Below are positions 39,258 to 52,094 of a DNA stretch of 64,000 bases, piece by piece. A program made the translations under genes and the position numbers. Below the pieces are notes generated by a model. It worked only from the letters and a program-made list of their open reading frames with translations. It was not told the DNA's origin and did no database searches. Within the stretch, counting starts at the first letter, position 1. The number at the start of each line of letters is the position of its first letter. The DNA lies in assembly GCA_010015805.1 (NCBI GenBank), contig ML978122.1:124001-188000 (forward strand), given 5' to 3'. The stretch is from Rhizodiscina lignyota. Taxonomy: Eukaryota.

Positions 39258-40196
39258 GATGCTGTGTAGAGATCTCGTGGAAGCAGTGCGAAAGGCATGA
39301 CTGCAATTCATAGGGCCTGAGCGACTTTCTAGAATACAGACCATGTACGAAAAGGCTGCCCGACAGCTTCGCCACGAAGGGTGCACAGGGTCTCCAATTA
39401 AGATAGATCATTTGGCCGCCCTCGCGGCTGTATGAGACAAAAATCCAGACTGTGGATATTAATAAAGCTTGACCCACCATTGTGGCCCTGGGCAAAAGGA
39501 AATGCGGCTCCGTCCAGGCCGAGGAGTGGCTCCATTTATCCATGATTCCGTGGCGTGAGAAGCGAGCATGCACGAATATATAGCTTCCTTTGAGCCTCGC
39601 GCTGCAGCGCTTGAAGATCGAATCGCCGCCCGTCCGCCACGGCGAGACACGTGAAATCATGGCAGCATCCGACGATAGTCTCAGCGGTCAGGCTTTTTCC
39701 AATTTGAGGCCATCCCACGCAGAGTCCCACTAGTTTCGGGTCCCGTTAGTAGGCATGGAGCTCCACCAGCCGAAGGGACAATTTCCCGCCGCTGGCACCT
39801 TTCTCAGACGTAGGAGTGTGACGGAGGACGGCGCGCGATTGAGAAGTGTGGCTTTGTTGGAATCAAACGGAAGAGAGTGGCCGCGAAAAGTCGTTGGTGC
39901 ATTTGATTCAGGAAATTTCTTTCACGTTGAGATGAGATCTTGCGCACCTTATCGGGCATCCCTGTTGCTTCCTTTTGCTAGCTCGATCCCTTTTCCACTT
40001 GCAGCGCTCTGGGCAGGCTACAAACGCATTCGGTGCCGCCGCCGTCATGGCCGAAAACTTTCTCTAACATCTGGCCCCAGCACGTCACTCCCAACACCGT
40101 CAGCTCTCACGGCGAGCTGCTTTTCAAGTATACCTCTCTGCCCTGGCGCCGGGCAATTGAATTGACTCTCGTTCATCTCCACTCTCCTACCCAGCA

Positions 40197-42223
40197 ATGG
40201 CTGGAGCTGCCAACATGAGGCCGCTCCTCGCGGCCAGCCTATCTCGACAGCTGCAGCAACCAGCTCGTCGCGCATTCACCACCTCTCGACAGGCGCAATC
40301 TCTGCTGGCCCAGCGCCGCCGAGCAGCAGTGCAATCGAACCTCCTCAGACCATCTCAGCCGTTCCGCAGAGGATACGCTGATACTCCTAGCAATCCTGTC
40401 GACCCGGAGCTGAAGCAGCCGCCAAAGAAGTCCCGCTTCAGAATTTTGCGCTGGGCATGGCGACTCACCTATCTGAGCGCAATTGCTGGCATGGTCTACG
40501 TTGGAGTTGGTATCTACGAGGCGAAGCATCCTGACGATCAACCCGATCCTGATCCGAGCAAGAAGACACTCGTCATTCTTGGTATGACTCCAATGCGAGA
40601 GATCTTTTTCGAGCCCCTTGGCGCGGCATTCATGGATTCGATTGAAGGAGTGCTAACATATTCTGCACTTAGGAACCGGCTGGGGATCTGTCTCGCTGCT
40701 CAAGAAGCTCGATACCGAAAACTACAACGTCGTCGTCATCTCTCCACGCAACTACTTCCTGTTCACGCCTCTCCTGCCATCATGTACTACTGGTACCATC
40801 GAGCACCGCTCCATCATGGAGCCGGTGCGCAACTTCCTCCGCCACAAGAAAGCCGCCGTCAAGTTCTACGAAGCCGAAGCCACCAAGATTGACTACGAGA
40901 AGAGGGTTGTCTATATCAACGATGACTCAGAAATCAAGGGCGACATGTCCCAGACTGTGGTTCCATTCGATATGCTGGTTGTCGGTGTCGGTGCTGAGAA
41001 TGCCACTTTCGGTGAGCATGGCTGTAATATTCTATGAGGAAGACAATTGAAGCTAATGGATTGATTACAGGCATTCCGGGCGTCCGCGAGCACGGTCTCT
41101 TCCTGAAGGAGGTTGGAGATGCTCAGGCTATCCGCAAGCGCATTATGGACTGCTGTGAAACTGCTACTTTCAAGGACCAGAGCCAGGACGAAATCAAGAG
41201 ATTGCTGCACATGGTTGTCGTCGGTGGTGGCCCAACTGGTGTCGAATTCGCTGGTGAACTCCAGGACTTCTTCCAAGAGGACTTGAGGAAATGGATCCCG
41301 GATATTGCTGGAAACTTCCATGTCACTCTCGTCGAAGCTCTGCCTAACGTATGTCCATTTGGAACTTGAATCGTAAGCCCGCAGACTAACAGCTAGGTTC
41401 TAGGTCCTCCCTATGTTCTCTAAGAACCTCATCGAATACACCGAAAAGACCTTCAAAGAAGAAACCATCTCTATCCGCACCAAGACCATGGTCAAGAACG
41501 TCACGGACAAATACATCGAAGCCGAGTCTACCAAGCCCGACGGCAGCAAGGTGCTGGAGAAGATCCCTTACGGCCTGCTCGTCTGGGCAACCGGTAACGC
41601 TCTCCGCCCCGTCGTCAAGGACCTCATGATGCAGATCCCCGCACAGAAGGACTCGCGCCGCGGCCTTGCCGTCAACGAATACCTCGTCGTCAAGGGTACG
41701 GAGAACGTGTGGGCCGTCGGCGACTGCGCCATCGCCAACTACGCACCTACCGCACAAGTTGCCTCCCAGGAAGGTGCCTTCCTCGCGCGCCTGTTCAACC
41801 AGATGGCCAAGACGGAGGAGATCGAGACGCAGCTGCTCCACCTGAGCGACGAGCAGGGCAAGGTGCCCAATGGCGAGCCGCGCAACAAGATCTTCGCCGA
41901 TATCAAGGAGCTGCAGAAGCGTCTGCGGCGCGTCAAGCAGATGGGCCCGTTCGAGTACAGCCATCAGGGCAGTCTGGCGTATATTGGCAGCGAGAAGGCC
42001 GTTGCGGATATTAGTTGGATGACGGGCAATCTGGCGTCGGGTGGACAGTTGACGTACTTGTTCTGGAGGAGCGCGTATCTGAGCATGTGCTTTAGCAGTA
42101 AGTTGGACATGTCCGATAAAAAGCCACCAAGCGCTAACATAGATACCAGCACGTAATCGTGTCCTTGTCGTCATGGACTGGATCAAGGCCAAGATCTTCG
42201 GCCGCGACGTCTCCCGAGAGTAA
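40197..42223 (+). CDS. NDE1: External alternative (type II) NADH:ubiquinone oxidoreductase, mitochondrial
   Basis: Arg-rich presequence; LVILGTGWG, SPRNYFLFTPLLPS, VVGGGPTGVEFAGEL and WAVGDC motifs. Four introns (~40582-40672, 41012-41070, 41349-41403, 42099-42149). Ends IFGRDVSRE*. Confidence 0.95.
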
Positions 42224-42542
42224 AGGTTGCGTCCCCTTAGCGACTCTCGTCGAGCCTGTAAATCCTGTCTTACTACGTTCTTTTGACGTTCCGTGAGCGT
42301 TGCTTCTGCTTTGGCTTCTCAGTTCGTTTGCTTTCGATTCAGTATGAACAAGGACGAAATTGCTGCATAATAGACTTGATAACCTTTTCTCTTTTTGATC
42401 GACGCGATCGGGACCGTGCTGGCCTGGAGCTGGGCGTTTGCATGGGGTTTGTTTTGCTGCACAAGCTTGGAGGGATGCGCTAGGCTATGTACAGTATATG
42501 ACGAGCATTCAGAAAAATAGAATGGGGTGAATTTGAAAGTGA

Positions 42543-43591
42543 TTATTCATTGGATGATTTTTGCGTGCTTGGGGAAGAGATGCCGAGAACGTCAGTGTTG
42601 TTCGAAGAGCGTCTTCCGAACCTGTGACAACTTGGGTGGAAGTTTATTAATCTTGTCGAAGATCGCTCTCCGGTCGCTGCCAGGACATGATCGAAGGTCA
42701 ATAAATCTAGCCGAGATCGCTCTTCAGTCGCCCTGACAAGACGCAAGAAATCTATTGATCTTCTTTCCGGACCATTCTGCATCCTCGCCTCCCTCTCTGC
42801 ATGTTTCCTAATCCACTCCAGTAGCTCTCTTCCATCAGTGCGCGATATACAAGGTAGTTCAACACATATATCCGATCATCATTCTTCTGCTGGCATAGCA
42901 TATGTGTGAAAGTCTTGCAATTTTCGTGAGCAATTCTTCTGCCCTTCAGTCGGTGACTCGGTTGCACGCGCAGAGTCGATGATATTCACGGCAAACACTC
43001 GTCTTTCAATTTGCTCATGTTCGATGAGCATGTGTTGTACGTTGCTTGGAGTCTCTTTAATGTGTGTGAATAGACTTAACAAATTTCGCTTTTCTCCTTA
43101 CACACTCTCAATCCTCGATTTCGACTGCGCTGGATAGCTTCTACTCCGCTGAGACGTTCTCACGTGTCGGAAGCTCTACTAGGTATGCTAGACACACCAT
43201 ATTCAAAAGCTCGATGGACTGTCCTTCCATGCTCGCTACACTATATCTGGAAATGGATGGCTCATTTAATTGCTTCTGGGTTAACGCCTTTCAGGTCGAT
43301 CTCGGACATTTTGGAATACCATCGTCTCGAAATATCGGGATGCCACGGCGAGCACGAAGCCATAAACAGGGAAACATCCATTCTCTTTGAGAATAAATAC
43401 CCAATTGGCAAGCGCCATATACACAAAACGTCAACTTCAGTTGCTTTGCTATTTGCGACTCGATGATATTGAGAAGCGATCTGTTGCAAGGCTACCACAC
43501 ACCAGACGCCCCAAATGATATAGAGGCCAGCACTCTCGTATTTATTAAAGGCTTTTGTGCCATTTGCTGACCGCGACAGCACTGTTTGCAA
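42543..43591 (-). pseudogene. Decayed gene, possibly BTB/POZ-like
   Basis: ORFs 42543-42782 and 42879-43082 share a frame and are separated by one TGA. The upstream fragment ASCSPW..SEIDLKGVNPEAIK* resembles a BTB core. Confidence 0.3.
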
Positions 43592-43999
43592 ACACTAGTC
43601 AACGCCTAGGTTCGGCGTGTACTTCTCCGGTCTGGATTGCAAATGTCTCCAGCACAGCGGGGTAGCTATTGAGGTCGAGCCTCTCCTACAACAATTGGTG
43701 GATGGTACCGCGAAGCCGCACTAGGTAAACGAATGTACAGAGGAAGCAGTATAAACAAGACGATGGTAAGGATTGAGGTCGAATGTGCGTGGAATGTAGA
43801 GTTGGGCCACGGAAAATTCAGGAGCACGATGGTGAAAATGGCACGGCGGCAATTGGGCCGCTCCATTTAATATTTCCAGCGAAGTTTATCCACCGAGGTT
43901 AGACGCATCGTAAACATTTCTCTCCTAGTCTGTTCCCATAATTTTGAAGTCTTTTTCCAATTATTCTCCATAAGTTCTGTGGTAACTCTGAATCCGACA

Positions 44000-44794
44000 A
44001 TGGCGAAACTATTCCTCCACGACCACCCCGTCTCCTCCTACGCCCAGAAAGTCCGCATAGCCCTCCGAGAAAAGGGCATCCCATTCGACTACAAGACCCC
44101 AGATGGCCTAGGATCCGGATCATATATTGCAGACCTCCATAAAGCAAACCCGCGCCATGAAGTCCCCGCCCTGGTAGATGGAGACTTCACAGTGTGGGAC
44201 TCGAGTGTCATACTCGGCTACCTGGAGGACAAATTCCCGGAGCACCCTTTACTCCCTGCAGATCCAAAAGGACGAGCGTCGGCCAAGATGATCGAGGAGA
44301 TCTGCGACACGCAGTACGAGGCGATCAATTGGGGGTACGGCGAGGTGGTGTGGCAGAGCCGTGCTACCGGCGACCTCCAGGAGAAGATGGTCGCTGAAAT
44401 CAAGCGGCAGACCTCCGTGATGTACTCCTGGCTAGAATCTGAACTAGGAAGCAACGACTACTTCAACGGCAGCACATTCGGCTACGCAGACGTGTGCGTT
44501 GCGCCGATGATGAACCGCGGTGTGATCATCGACCTGGGTCCGGCGAAGGGCACGCCGCTGCAGAAGTGGCACGAGAGGATCCAGCAGCACGAGTCAGTAC
44601 GGAGTGTGTTTGAGGAGGTGGCAGAGGGCGCGAAGAAAATGGCGAAGACGGGGGATTTCTTCCAGAAGGGAGGAAGGGCGAGAGAGTATCGGGATCATAG
44701 GTTGGAGTGGATGATTAAGAGTGGTGGGCTGGAGGTTGTGCTGAATGGATTGAAGAATCAGAATATTAGATTTTGTAGGGCGCCGGGCGAATGA
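44000..44794 (+). CDS. Glutathione S-transferase (intronless)
   Basis: HPVSSYAQKVRIALREKG, ANPRHEVPALVDG..WDSSVI and FGYADV motifs. ACAATGG start at 44000. Confidence 0.95.
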   Translation: MAKLFLHDHPVSSYAQKVRIALREKGIPFDYKTPDGLGSGSYIADLHKANPRHEVPALVDGDFTVWDSSVILGYLEDKFPEHPLLPADPKGRASAKMIEEICDTQYEAINWGYGEVVWQSRATGDLQEKMVAEIKRQTSVMYSWLESELGSNDYFNGSTFGYADVCVAPMMNRGVIIDLGPAKGTPLQKWHERIQQHESVRSVFEEVAEGAKKMAKTGDFFQKGGRAREYRDHRLEWMIKSGGLEVVLNGLKNQNIRFCRAPGE

Positions 44795-45082
44795 CTAGAT
44801 GGTCGGGAACCGTCAAGCCATCTGTAATGAAATATCAAACGTGTAGAATTAAGAAACGACGCTCCAGACTCAAAACGGAGACGAATGTTAACAACTGCGA
44901 TACGATAACTACCAATGCGAGAAACGTTGATTCATGCAATTTAAAGATTTACGAGGAGACTCGCATACACAGTATAACCACTGCTGTTGTTTGAGCAATT
45001 CTTTTAAAGAATCGAGAGATCGTTGAGACGAAAATTTGTGAAAGTTAATATTAAATCGGCTATTTTCGGCTTACGTTTATTC

Positions 45083-45174
45083 GGGCGATTGGTCTAGCGG
45101 TTATGACGTCTCGTTTACATTGCAAGTGAACATAGAAGCCGAGAAGGTCCCGAGTTCGACCCTCGGATTGCCCT
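45083..45174 (+). tRNA. tRNA-Val(TAC) with a 19-nt intron (45120-45138)
   Basis: Acceptor stem GGGCGAT/ATTGCCC, A box TGGTCTAGCGG, anticodon stem TCTCG/CGAGA with loop TT-TAC-A, T arm CCGAG-TTCGACC-CTCGG, and a T8 run at 45182. Confidence 0.95.
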
Positions 45175-45181
45175 GTAAATA

Positions 45182-45189
45182 TTTTTTTT
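45182..45189 (+). terminator. Pol III poly-T terminator
   Basis: TTTTTTTT 8 nt after the tRNA 3' end. Confidence 0.8.
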
Positions 45190-45643
45190 ATGGCCCGTTA
45201 AGAGGCTCTGGACTTTCCTTTTTGGTGGAGTGGATGGGACGATCGATCTCGCTGGTGGGATGGCGGGGTACCAGTCTCATCTTTTTGAGATCGAATAATG
45301 CTGATTGATGCAGGGGTTGGTCAGGTCGTACCTCTCACCATCAGGGCTGGCTTCTCTCGTGAGGTCAATCTGTTTGTTTTGCTCATCGAGGAATATTACA
45401 AACATATTTCTTTGTGAATGGGGTTAATTCGAATGTGGCCTTGGTCAAGTGGTGGAGTATAGCGTGGTTGCTCGGTCTGACGATTCCATTCTGTCGTCTC
45501 GCCCCTGAAATCACGTTGCCTCTCAATCCATAGGTAGTTCGATCTTGATTAGTATCATCTATCTGCTTGGTCTCGCAAGTTGGTGAGACTGACTGGAGCA
45601 ATGCATTTTTGAGCCTCCACTCATCGTATAATTCTCAATTTCT

Positions 45644-46822
45644 TCAGAGGGCAGCAAAAGCACTGCAGTAGCTGACACTGCTATCCCTCACTGACTTCAC
45701 CAAATCGCTCCGTTCATACCTCAAGAACTTGAACTTCCCCTTCTCCGCAACCTCTCCGTCCTGAGCACCATCCTCTTTCTCTTTCAGCACTTCTAGCGTT
45801 GCCAGTACCACTCCAATAGGATGCCGTCCGCACACCGTATTCCCCGTCGCCTCCAGCTGCTCCCAGAACTTCGCGTGGCTCCCACTCTCAACCGCATCCA
45901 TACTAGCCTGGTCGACAATCGCTATGCTCTCGTGTATTGGTCGAGTAGAAGGGATAACATCTCCCGATCGCACAGAGTACGCCGATCCGCTCTTCGGCTG
46001 GTAGTATGTATAGCGGAAGCGGGAGCCCCAGTGACAGAAGTCGGAGCTCACGACGAAGACGGAGGTTGGGTCGGCAAGGTACGGTGCGAGGATATCTGCG
46101 TAGCGGCGTTCTGCAGTGGTACTGGTGCTGCCGACGAGGATGGGGATCAGAGGCGGGAAGGTTGCCGGACTGGAGAATGTCCTATGGAGTATGAGTAGAT
46201 AGAGAGATAGGGAAGGATGGTGATCTAGCATACTTTGAAAGGACTTTGTAGATGTATGGGAGGTGCATCTCCATGCTGTGCTCTGCTTCGTCGACGGATA
46301 GGGCCATCTTGTCGAACTGCTTTGTGGCTTGCAGCTCCGCGATGGTGTCCTTATCGAGGCGCAGATTACCGAGCGGTGTCTCGTAATAGTCGCATTGTGA
46401 CAGTGCGCAACCGCTCAGGTAGTGGTGATGTGAAGGTCCAAGGAGGAAGACTTGTTTGCTGTATCCGTGAGCTTCCCAACCTCGTGCTCGAACCAGGCCC
46501 TCTCTTACCAGCTGGAGAGATCGAGAGACTTGTAAGCCCATGCTGCTGCAGGACCAGAGTATGCGTATCCGGCATGCCTGCACACATAACATGAGCACTC
46601 TCTCCATCGTTTCGTACGAGATAAATTCTCAATATCCTACGGCGCGATGATGATCCTTGCTCTGGTTGAGGGCAGGGGCACAGTGTCATGCTTCGACGAT
46701 TCGGACCCAATGCATTTCGCTGCTGAAGGCACTTGATCTAACCAGCCGTCCAGCTGGCCGCTGAGCTTCTTGCCATCATCAGCATACCACGAGCCCGCGT
46801 GGCTAGCTTCTCTGGTAGTCAT
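45644..46822 (-). CDS. MHO1: MEMO1-family protein (UPF0103)
   Basis: REASHAGSWY, HAGYAYS, LLGPSHH, EHSMEMHLPY, SSDFCHWG, NTVCGRHPI and DSSVSY motifs; three introns. Confidence 0.93.
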
Positions 46823-47219
46823 GCTTCGGTTGAGGAGTTTGGAGATGAGTTTGGGAGGCTTCAGCTTGAATTATGATGGGCTTGGTGAAGTTGTTAGGCT
46901 CAAAGTTGTGAGAGAGCCAGTCCGATTTGAGAAAATCGAAAAGGATTATTGCCTGAGTAGATGGGCAGTTCATGCGAGGACGTGCAAGCGTCGCACTGGT
47001 TGATGATAGCTGTCATGGATAGTGGGGTCTCACTCAGGAACAGCAGCGGCTGCCCCACATCGCGTGCATGCCGCGCTTCCACTTCGCGGATGGCTGGGAC
47101 GCGTCTCCGACTTACGCTAGGCTCTGACCGCCTCTACCATTCGCTCTCCCACTTCACACCGTCTTCACTGCTTCTTGCTATAGCAACCCAATTATTCCAA
47201 GTATTGTATACTATCCACA

Positions 47220-47914
47220 ATGGGTCTGAAACGCAAGCGCTCCGACGTCAACATCTCGCCAGAGTCGATCTCCAGCTTCGCGTCATCCCGCATATCAGTT
47301 AGCCCAACCCCCGGCGGCAACGATGAGATGGCCATTGACGTCCCAGTAAAGGCCCAGCCGCACTCTACTTGGGAGTGGGAGAGGAGATCTGCATCGCCGT
47401 GGGAGGTAAACAGCCGTACGAGGAAAAGATTTCGAGATAATCGACCAGACGAGACGACTCTGCACGGTATGCTCGACCAGCCCTGTTATACTACAACAGC
47501 CTCTAAAATCACAATGATCCCATGCTAAGATAGATTGCAGAGAATACAATCAACAAGCTCTTCTCCGCCCAACGCGAAAACCCCCGCGCCTCCCCCGTAC
47601 CCTCTCACTCTTCCGACATCTCCACTTCCTCTATCAACCAGAAATCCACGCTCCATTCCTTCTGGTCTCTCCCCCAACCACCCCGCGTATCACCATCCGC
47701 CGCGCCGCACTCCACAGGCTTTGACAACCCGAACCTCCCGCGCTGCGAGGACTGCGAGGCGGCTCTAGGTTCGTCGGACGGCATGGACGTCGACATGATG
47801 GACACAGATGACGGTGTCGATGAGCACCAGTGCCAGGTGTGTGGGCGCAGGGTGTGCGACGGGTGCGCGGTGTCGATGGAGCTAAGGAGGTGCTTGGGAT
47901 GTGCTTGCTTGTGA
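47220..47914 (+). CDS. Conserved fungal hypothetical protein with a C-terminal Cys cluster
   Basis: Exon 1 ends RTRKRFRDNRPDETTLH; intron 47467-47540; exon 2 has CEDC..CQVC..CDGC..CLGC and stops at 47912-47914. Confidence 0.82.
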
Positions 47915-48936
47915 GAGTTCTCCGTGCTGTCTTTTGGGACACGAGGAGTTCTATTGGCGTTGTGTATATGTTATGTTGACGAATGCTTCCAATCAGAGTC
48001 GATTTCATGAAATGGGCGCCTAATCAGTGAGCAGGATGGCGGACGAACGGTTTGGCAATGAATTGCTTGGCAGCGTCTTCGGAAACAGAAATGGGACAGG
48101 CGATATGGAAAAGTTGGACTGGGTTGGGTACACGACTTGAGAGTTTGTGACAGTTCTATTATTACGAATCGAACGTACTGCTGTAAATCACTTGAGTACG
48201 CTCACTTTTGCCGTCTCTTTTTCAGGTGAAGAGTTCCTATCTTTATTGGGTTCACTATCGTCGTGGTAGCCCCAGCCAACGTCTCAGGTGGCAGGTGGGC
48301 GATCAGGTTGAATGGGTACAGAGGAAATAAGTTTTGCTCTTCAGCGCAAGTGAGAGCGTTTCTGAAGGCTGGGTGATGTATGCTTCGGAGCGGTTTTCAC
48401 CACTTTGCGAGACATTGATTGCAGCGCTTTAAGGTGAGCTACGCCCGCTCTTCAACGCCAGCGAGAGCATCTCAGAAAGTTTGACTTAACATGCTTTAGA
48501 CAAAATTTGCTAACAACGCACAATCTTAACACATGATCTGTGCGAAAGGAAAAGGGTATGCATCTTGACATCTCGCCACATTCAATCTCTCATTGAACTA
48601 TCAAGCTGTTCTATGCGAATATGTATACCTTATCTTCGAACCTCCAGTCCCGAAATCCATCCCAGTTCAGGGACCAAGCCAAAGACACTTTCTTAGTTAC
48701 CAGCTTGCGTATAGCAACCGAGCTTTAGTTTAGAAGCAAGTTTGAATCATGATATTGGAGCTAGTCCGTTGCGGCTCCTCAGTGATAGCGTTAGAGAAGA
48801 TAACGAAGAGAAATTAGGACTTTAAAGGGAGTATAGAGAATAACTTCGTCGTTATTTATCTAGCGAAAGCTAGCTTAATAGTTTTCTCTATTTGAGAATT
48901 CTCTACTTGGATAATCACGTCTATTCTCTACGGCCT

Positions 48937-49616
48937 TTACTGCTCCTCCTCCAGCAGTCCTTCGAACATCTCAACACCCCACGCATCCTCAAATGCCTCC
49001 TTGTTCGCGTTCTCCTTGGTCTCTTCCTTCTTCTTCAGGTCAGCCAATCCGACGGCAATATTCGCCTTGATCTTTGCGACTCGCTCCCTGATGGATAGAA
49101 CACGATCCGGGTGATTCTCGTACTCGTCGATCGACACCTCTCTTCCGCTTCGAGAGTAGACGCGGCCACCAGTCTCGCGGAGTTCTTGTGGATCGGGCCA
49201 GTCGCAGAGCCTGTGGATCACCTGCTCTGGCTGCACCTCGCTGATTTGGCGATTCAGAGTAGCAGGACCAGCTTGCGTCGGTGGGGCGGAATCTTGGGGG
49301 CGGCGGCGGCGGCGACGACGGCCGCGACGTGGCTCGGGATCGGTTGGCGTGGGAGTGGTTGGGGCAGCAGCCTGCGAGGCATGCTGGTGCTGCAAGTACT
49401 CGGCCGGGATGGGGGGAACTGGTGGGATTACCGAATTACCTTCTGTTGCGTAAAAGCAATTCAAAGAATGAGGGAGTGAAACATACCATAAGCTTCTTCG
49501 GCAGGTGTGCCTGCTCGGGAAGCCACGACAGTGTCCGCGGAGGAGCTGCGGGAAGAGCCAATAAGGGTGTCCGAAGAACGGCGGGAAGATTGGGAAGGCG
49601 TCTTTGAGCGCGTCAT
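48937..49616 (-). CDS. Hypothetical low-complexity protein
   Basis: ACAATG at 49616. A short intron (GTATGT..CAG, ~49486-49443) joins into ORF 48937-49464, which contains YENHPDRVLSIRER. Confidence 0.7.
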
Positions 49617-50107
49617 TGTTATTGGTGGATTGGTCGTGTTATTGTTAAACAAGAGTGAAGAGTGAAGTCAAGTATGGAACCGTAACCGGAACACCTCGCT
49701 GAATGTTGTCAAATGTGGAAGAAAGAGTGCACGAGCGAAGCTTGTGAGGGAGTTGGTGTGGGTTGAAAGAAGGAGGGAGGTTGCGTGAAGAACGAAAGTC
49801 GCTTTTATATTGCGTTCACGTCATGCCTTGAAAAGCCTTGGCGGCCGTGGTGTTGGTGTTGTGACAACACCGCGCGTAGGCGTGAAGATGTGAAGATACG
49901 CGATATGGGAAGGCGCAATTTCGTTTACAGACGGCTTTTATCGGCAACACAAAAGCCAATTTGCTGCCCGCCGAGTGCTAGTGCAAGATCTGTCCAGCAC
50001 AGGCATGATATAATCATACCAGAATGCAATGGTTCACCTAGATATTTTGGTAGATTGTGGAGAAGGTACTTCCAGCGGCAGAAGCTTCATGTTCGTACTC
50101 TAAATTT

Positions 50108-50933
50108 TTAAAATCTAGTGAATGGCAGCCTAGAAATTTATCAGCTTTCAATTCCTTCTGTGTTTCATGTGCATAGCAGTCCTTACCATTTTCCTCTCAG
50201 CGTAATCTTGACCCAGTCACCCTTTTCATCCGTCTCCTTTTCAACATGTGTTGAGAAGCTGATGGCGCTCATAATTCCATCTCCAAACTTCTCGTTCAGC
50301 ACGGCTTTGTATGCGTATCCATAATTCTGCACAATTTCGTACAATCGATAAATCAGAGGCTCTTTTGGTGGCATCTCCATCGTCCGGCCTCGATCAGGCC
50401 ATCCCGTCAATTGAGCCTCGAGAGTCGCATGGTCGATGTCTAGCAATTCAGAGAGCTTCTTGACGTCCTCGCCGCTGGCTTTCGATTGGCCGTAGAACAA
50501 CGCAGCACACGCAACTTCATCACGCCCGATATGTTTCGCGATCGCCTCGAACGAGAGGTTCTTCTTCTTCTTTGCCTCAAACAGGGTGAGAGCAGACGAC
50601 GGAAGCCGCTCGACCAGAGAGCTCTGATAGTTATCAGCCACTTGAATTGAAAAGAACATCGAGTGAAGTTCGACCTCGGCAAGAAGATACGCCGAAATGC
50701 GATGGCTCGTCTCACGCGCCGGGGACTTAGGAGATAGGAAACGGTGAGGATCTTACATCAAGCGTGGCAATTGGGTGGTCTATCGTGTGCGAGGACATCT
50801 TTGATGAGCTTTGAAATGTTCGGACAGGTACACCACGGAAGATTTTGGCTAATGAAGTTGGGCGGCTTGCGTAGGGCACAAGCGTACGAGACGAAAACCC
50901 AGAAGTCAGTGCAAGAGGCCTGAGGAAGGACAT
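50108..50933 (-). CDS. CYN1: Cyanate hydratase (cyanase) with an N-terminal extension
   Basis: [25 protein letters not shown] and ITLRGKWLPF motifs. Introns ~50756-50624 and ~50186-50130. In-frame ATGs at 50933 and 50798. Confidence 0.96.
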
Positions 50934-52094
50934 GGCGGAAGAGCAGGATGAGGGGTATTTGAATTGGATATGTCTTGGTCTTAAGTCACACCCTCAGCCC
51001 TAGTGGATGTATGTACGGGGGTATTTGGAAGCCCGCCGTGGAAATACTCTATTCGGAGGTCATCCATCCTGCATCCCTGGGTCCCGGATGAGGGGCAGAG
51101 GCTCCAGATCTCTTCCGCATGTCACCAACTGCAACAGGAAGTAACCACCGAGATCACTGCCGCCCGCCCAGAGTCTCCACTCAGTCATCATGACAGTTGC
51201 TTTTCCATGCGGCGCACAATGCGAATGAGCGGCCTCGCTGACCAGACTGCTACACCAACATGTAGTTCCGAAGGACGTCCGACAGTACATAGGATGCACC
51301 TCACATTCCAACGACAGGTCGCCGAAGTGCGCGAGACGAAGTACCGACGAGAGCGAGTGTCGCGCGAGAAGACTCATAGCGCAATGTTATCGTGGACCGA
51401 CTAGAGCTGCGTAATCTATCATGTTTTCCGAGATTTCTACTGTGCGGACAATCTTTCTCAAGCCCTTCCATTTTCCTCCTATATTCTCGCTACGTTACGG
51501 CCCGCGCATTCCGTCCGCCGTGACTGGTGAAGAAAAGTAGAGATTCAGTGGCTTCACTTTCTTCTACCGGGTTTACACTGTGTACAGAGACGTACAAGTT
51601 TGTTCCTTTAATTCCTCCACTAGTCTACGTGGAGTAAACTGTCGTCTGTTTAAGATTTCAGTAATCAACTTGTTGGGTGAAGTGTGGGAGCGGCTTTTGC
51701 GGAATTGCGGCCGATTTGCCGCGAGATGAAAAGGAGCTATACTCTGAAGATTTGGACGCTCGGGCCATCAACAGACTCAAATATACCGTCGAGATAGAAA
51801 AATGTCGCCCAGATAGGCTCGACATCCTCGGCACTTGCGGCATTGATGGGGGTTTGGAGCTTGTCGGCCTGTGGTAAGTTGGCCAGCGGTCCAGACGCGG
51901 GCGTCTTTTACAGGCTACGAGCAGTATCGCAGACAATATAGCAGAACTGGTCTATGGACGCAGCAGGCAAGTTTTCACCAAGTGCTGTTGTTGCAGAAAA
52001 CTTCAAGCCATTATTGCCTTGGCCTTTAGATGCTCATGATGGCAAGTTGGTACCTCACGCTGCTAATCAGGGTAACTGATAGTTACATTATCTG

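Noticed and set aside
41386..42192. 268-aa minus-strand ORF
   Set aside because: Antisense shadow of the codon-biased NADH dehydrogenase gene.
48715..48910. TpA-rich patch, possible RIP-degraded element
   Set aside because: Too short, with no terminal repeats or coding remnants to call a mobile element.
51677..51877. 66-aa protein-like fragment
   Set aside because: GTG start and no recognisable family or gene structure.
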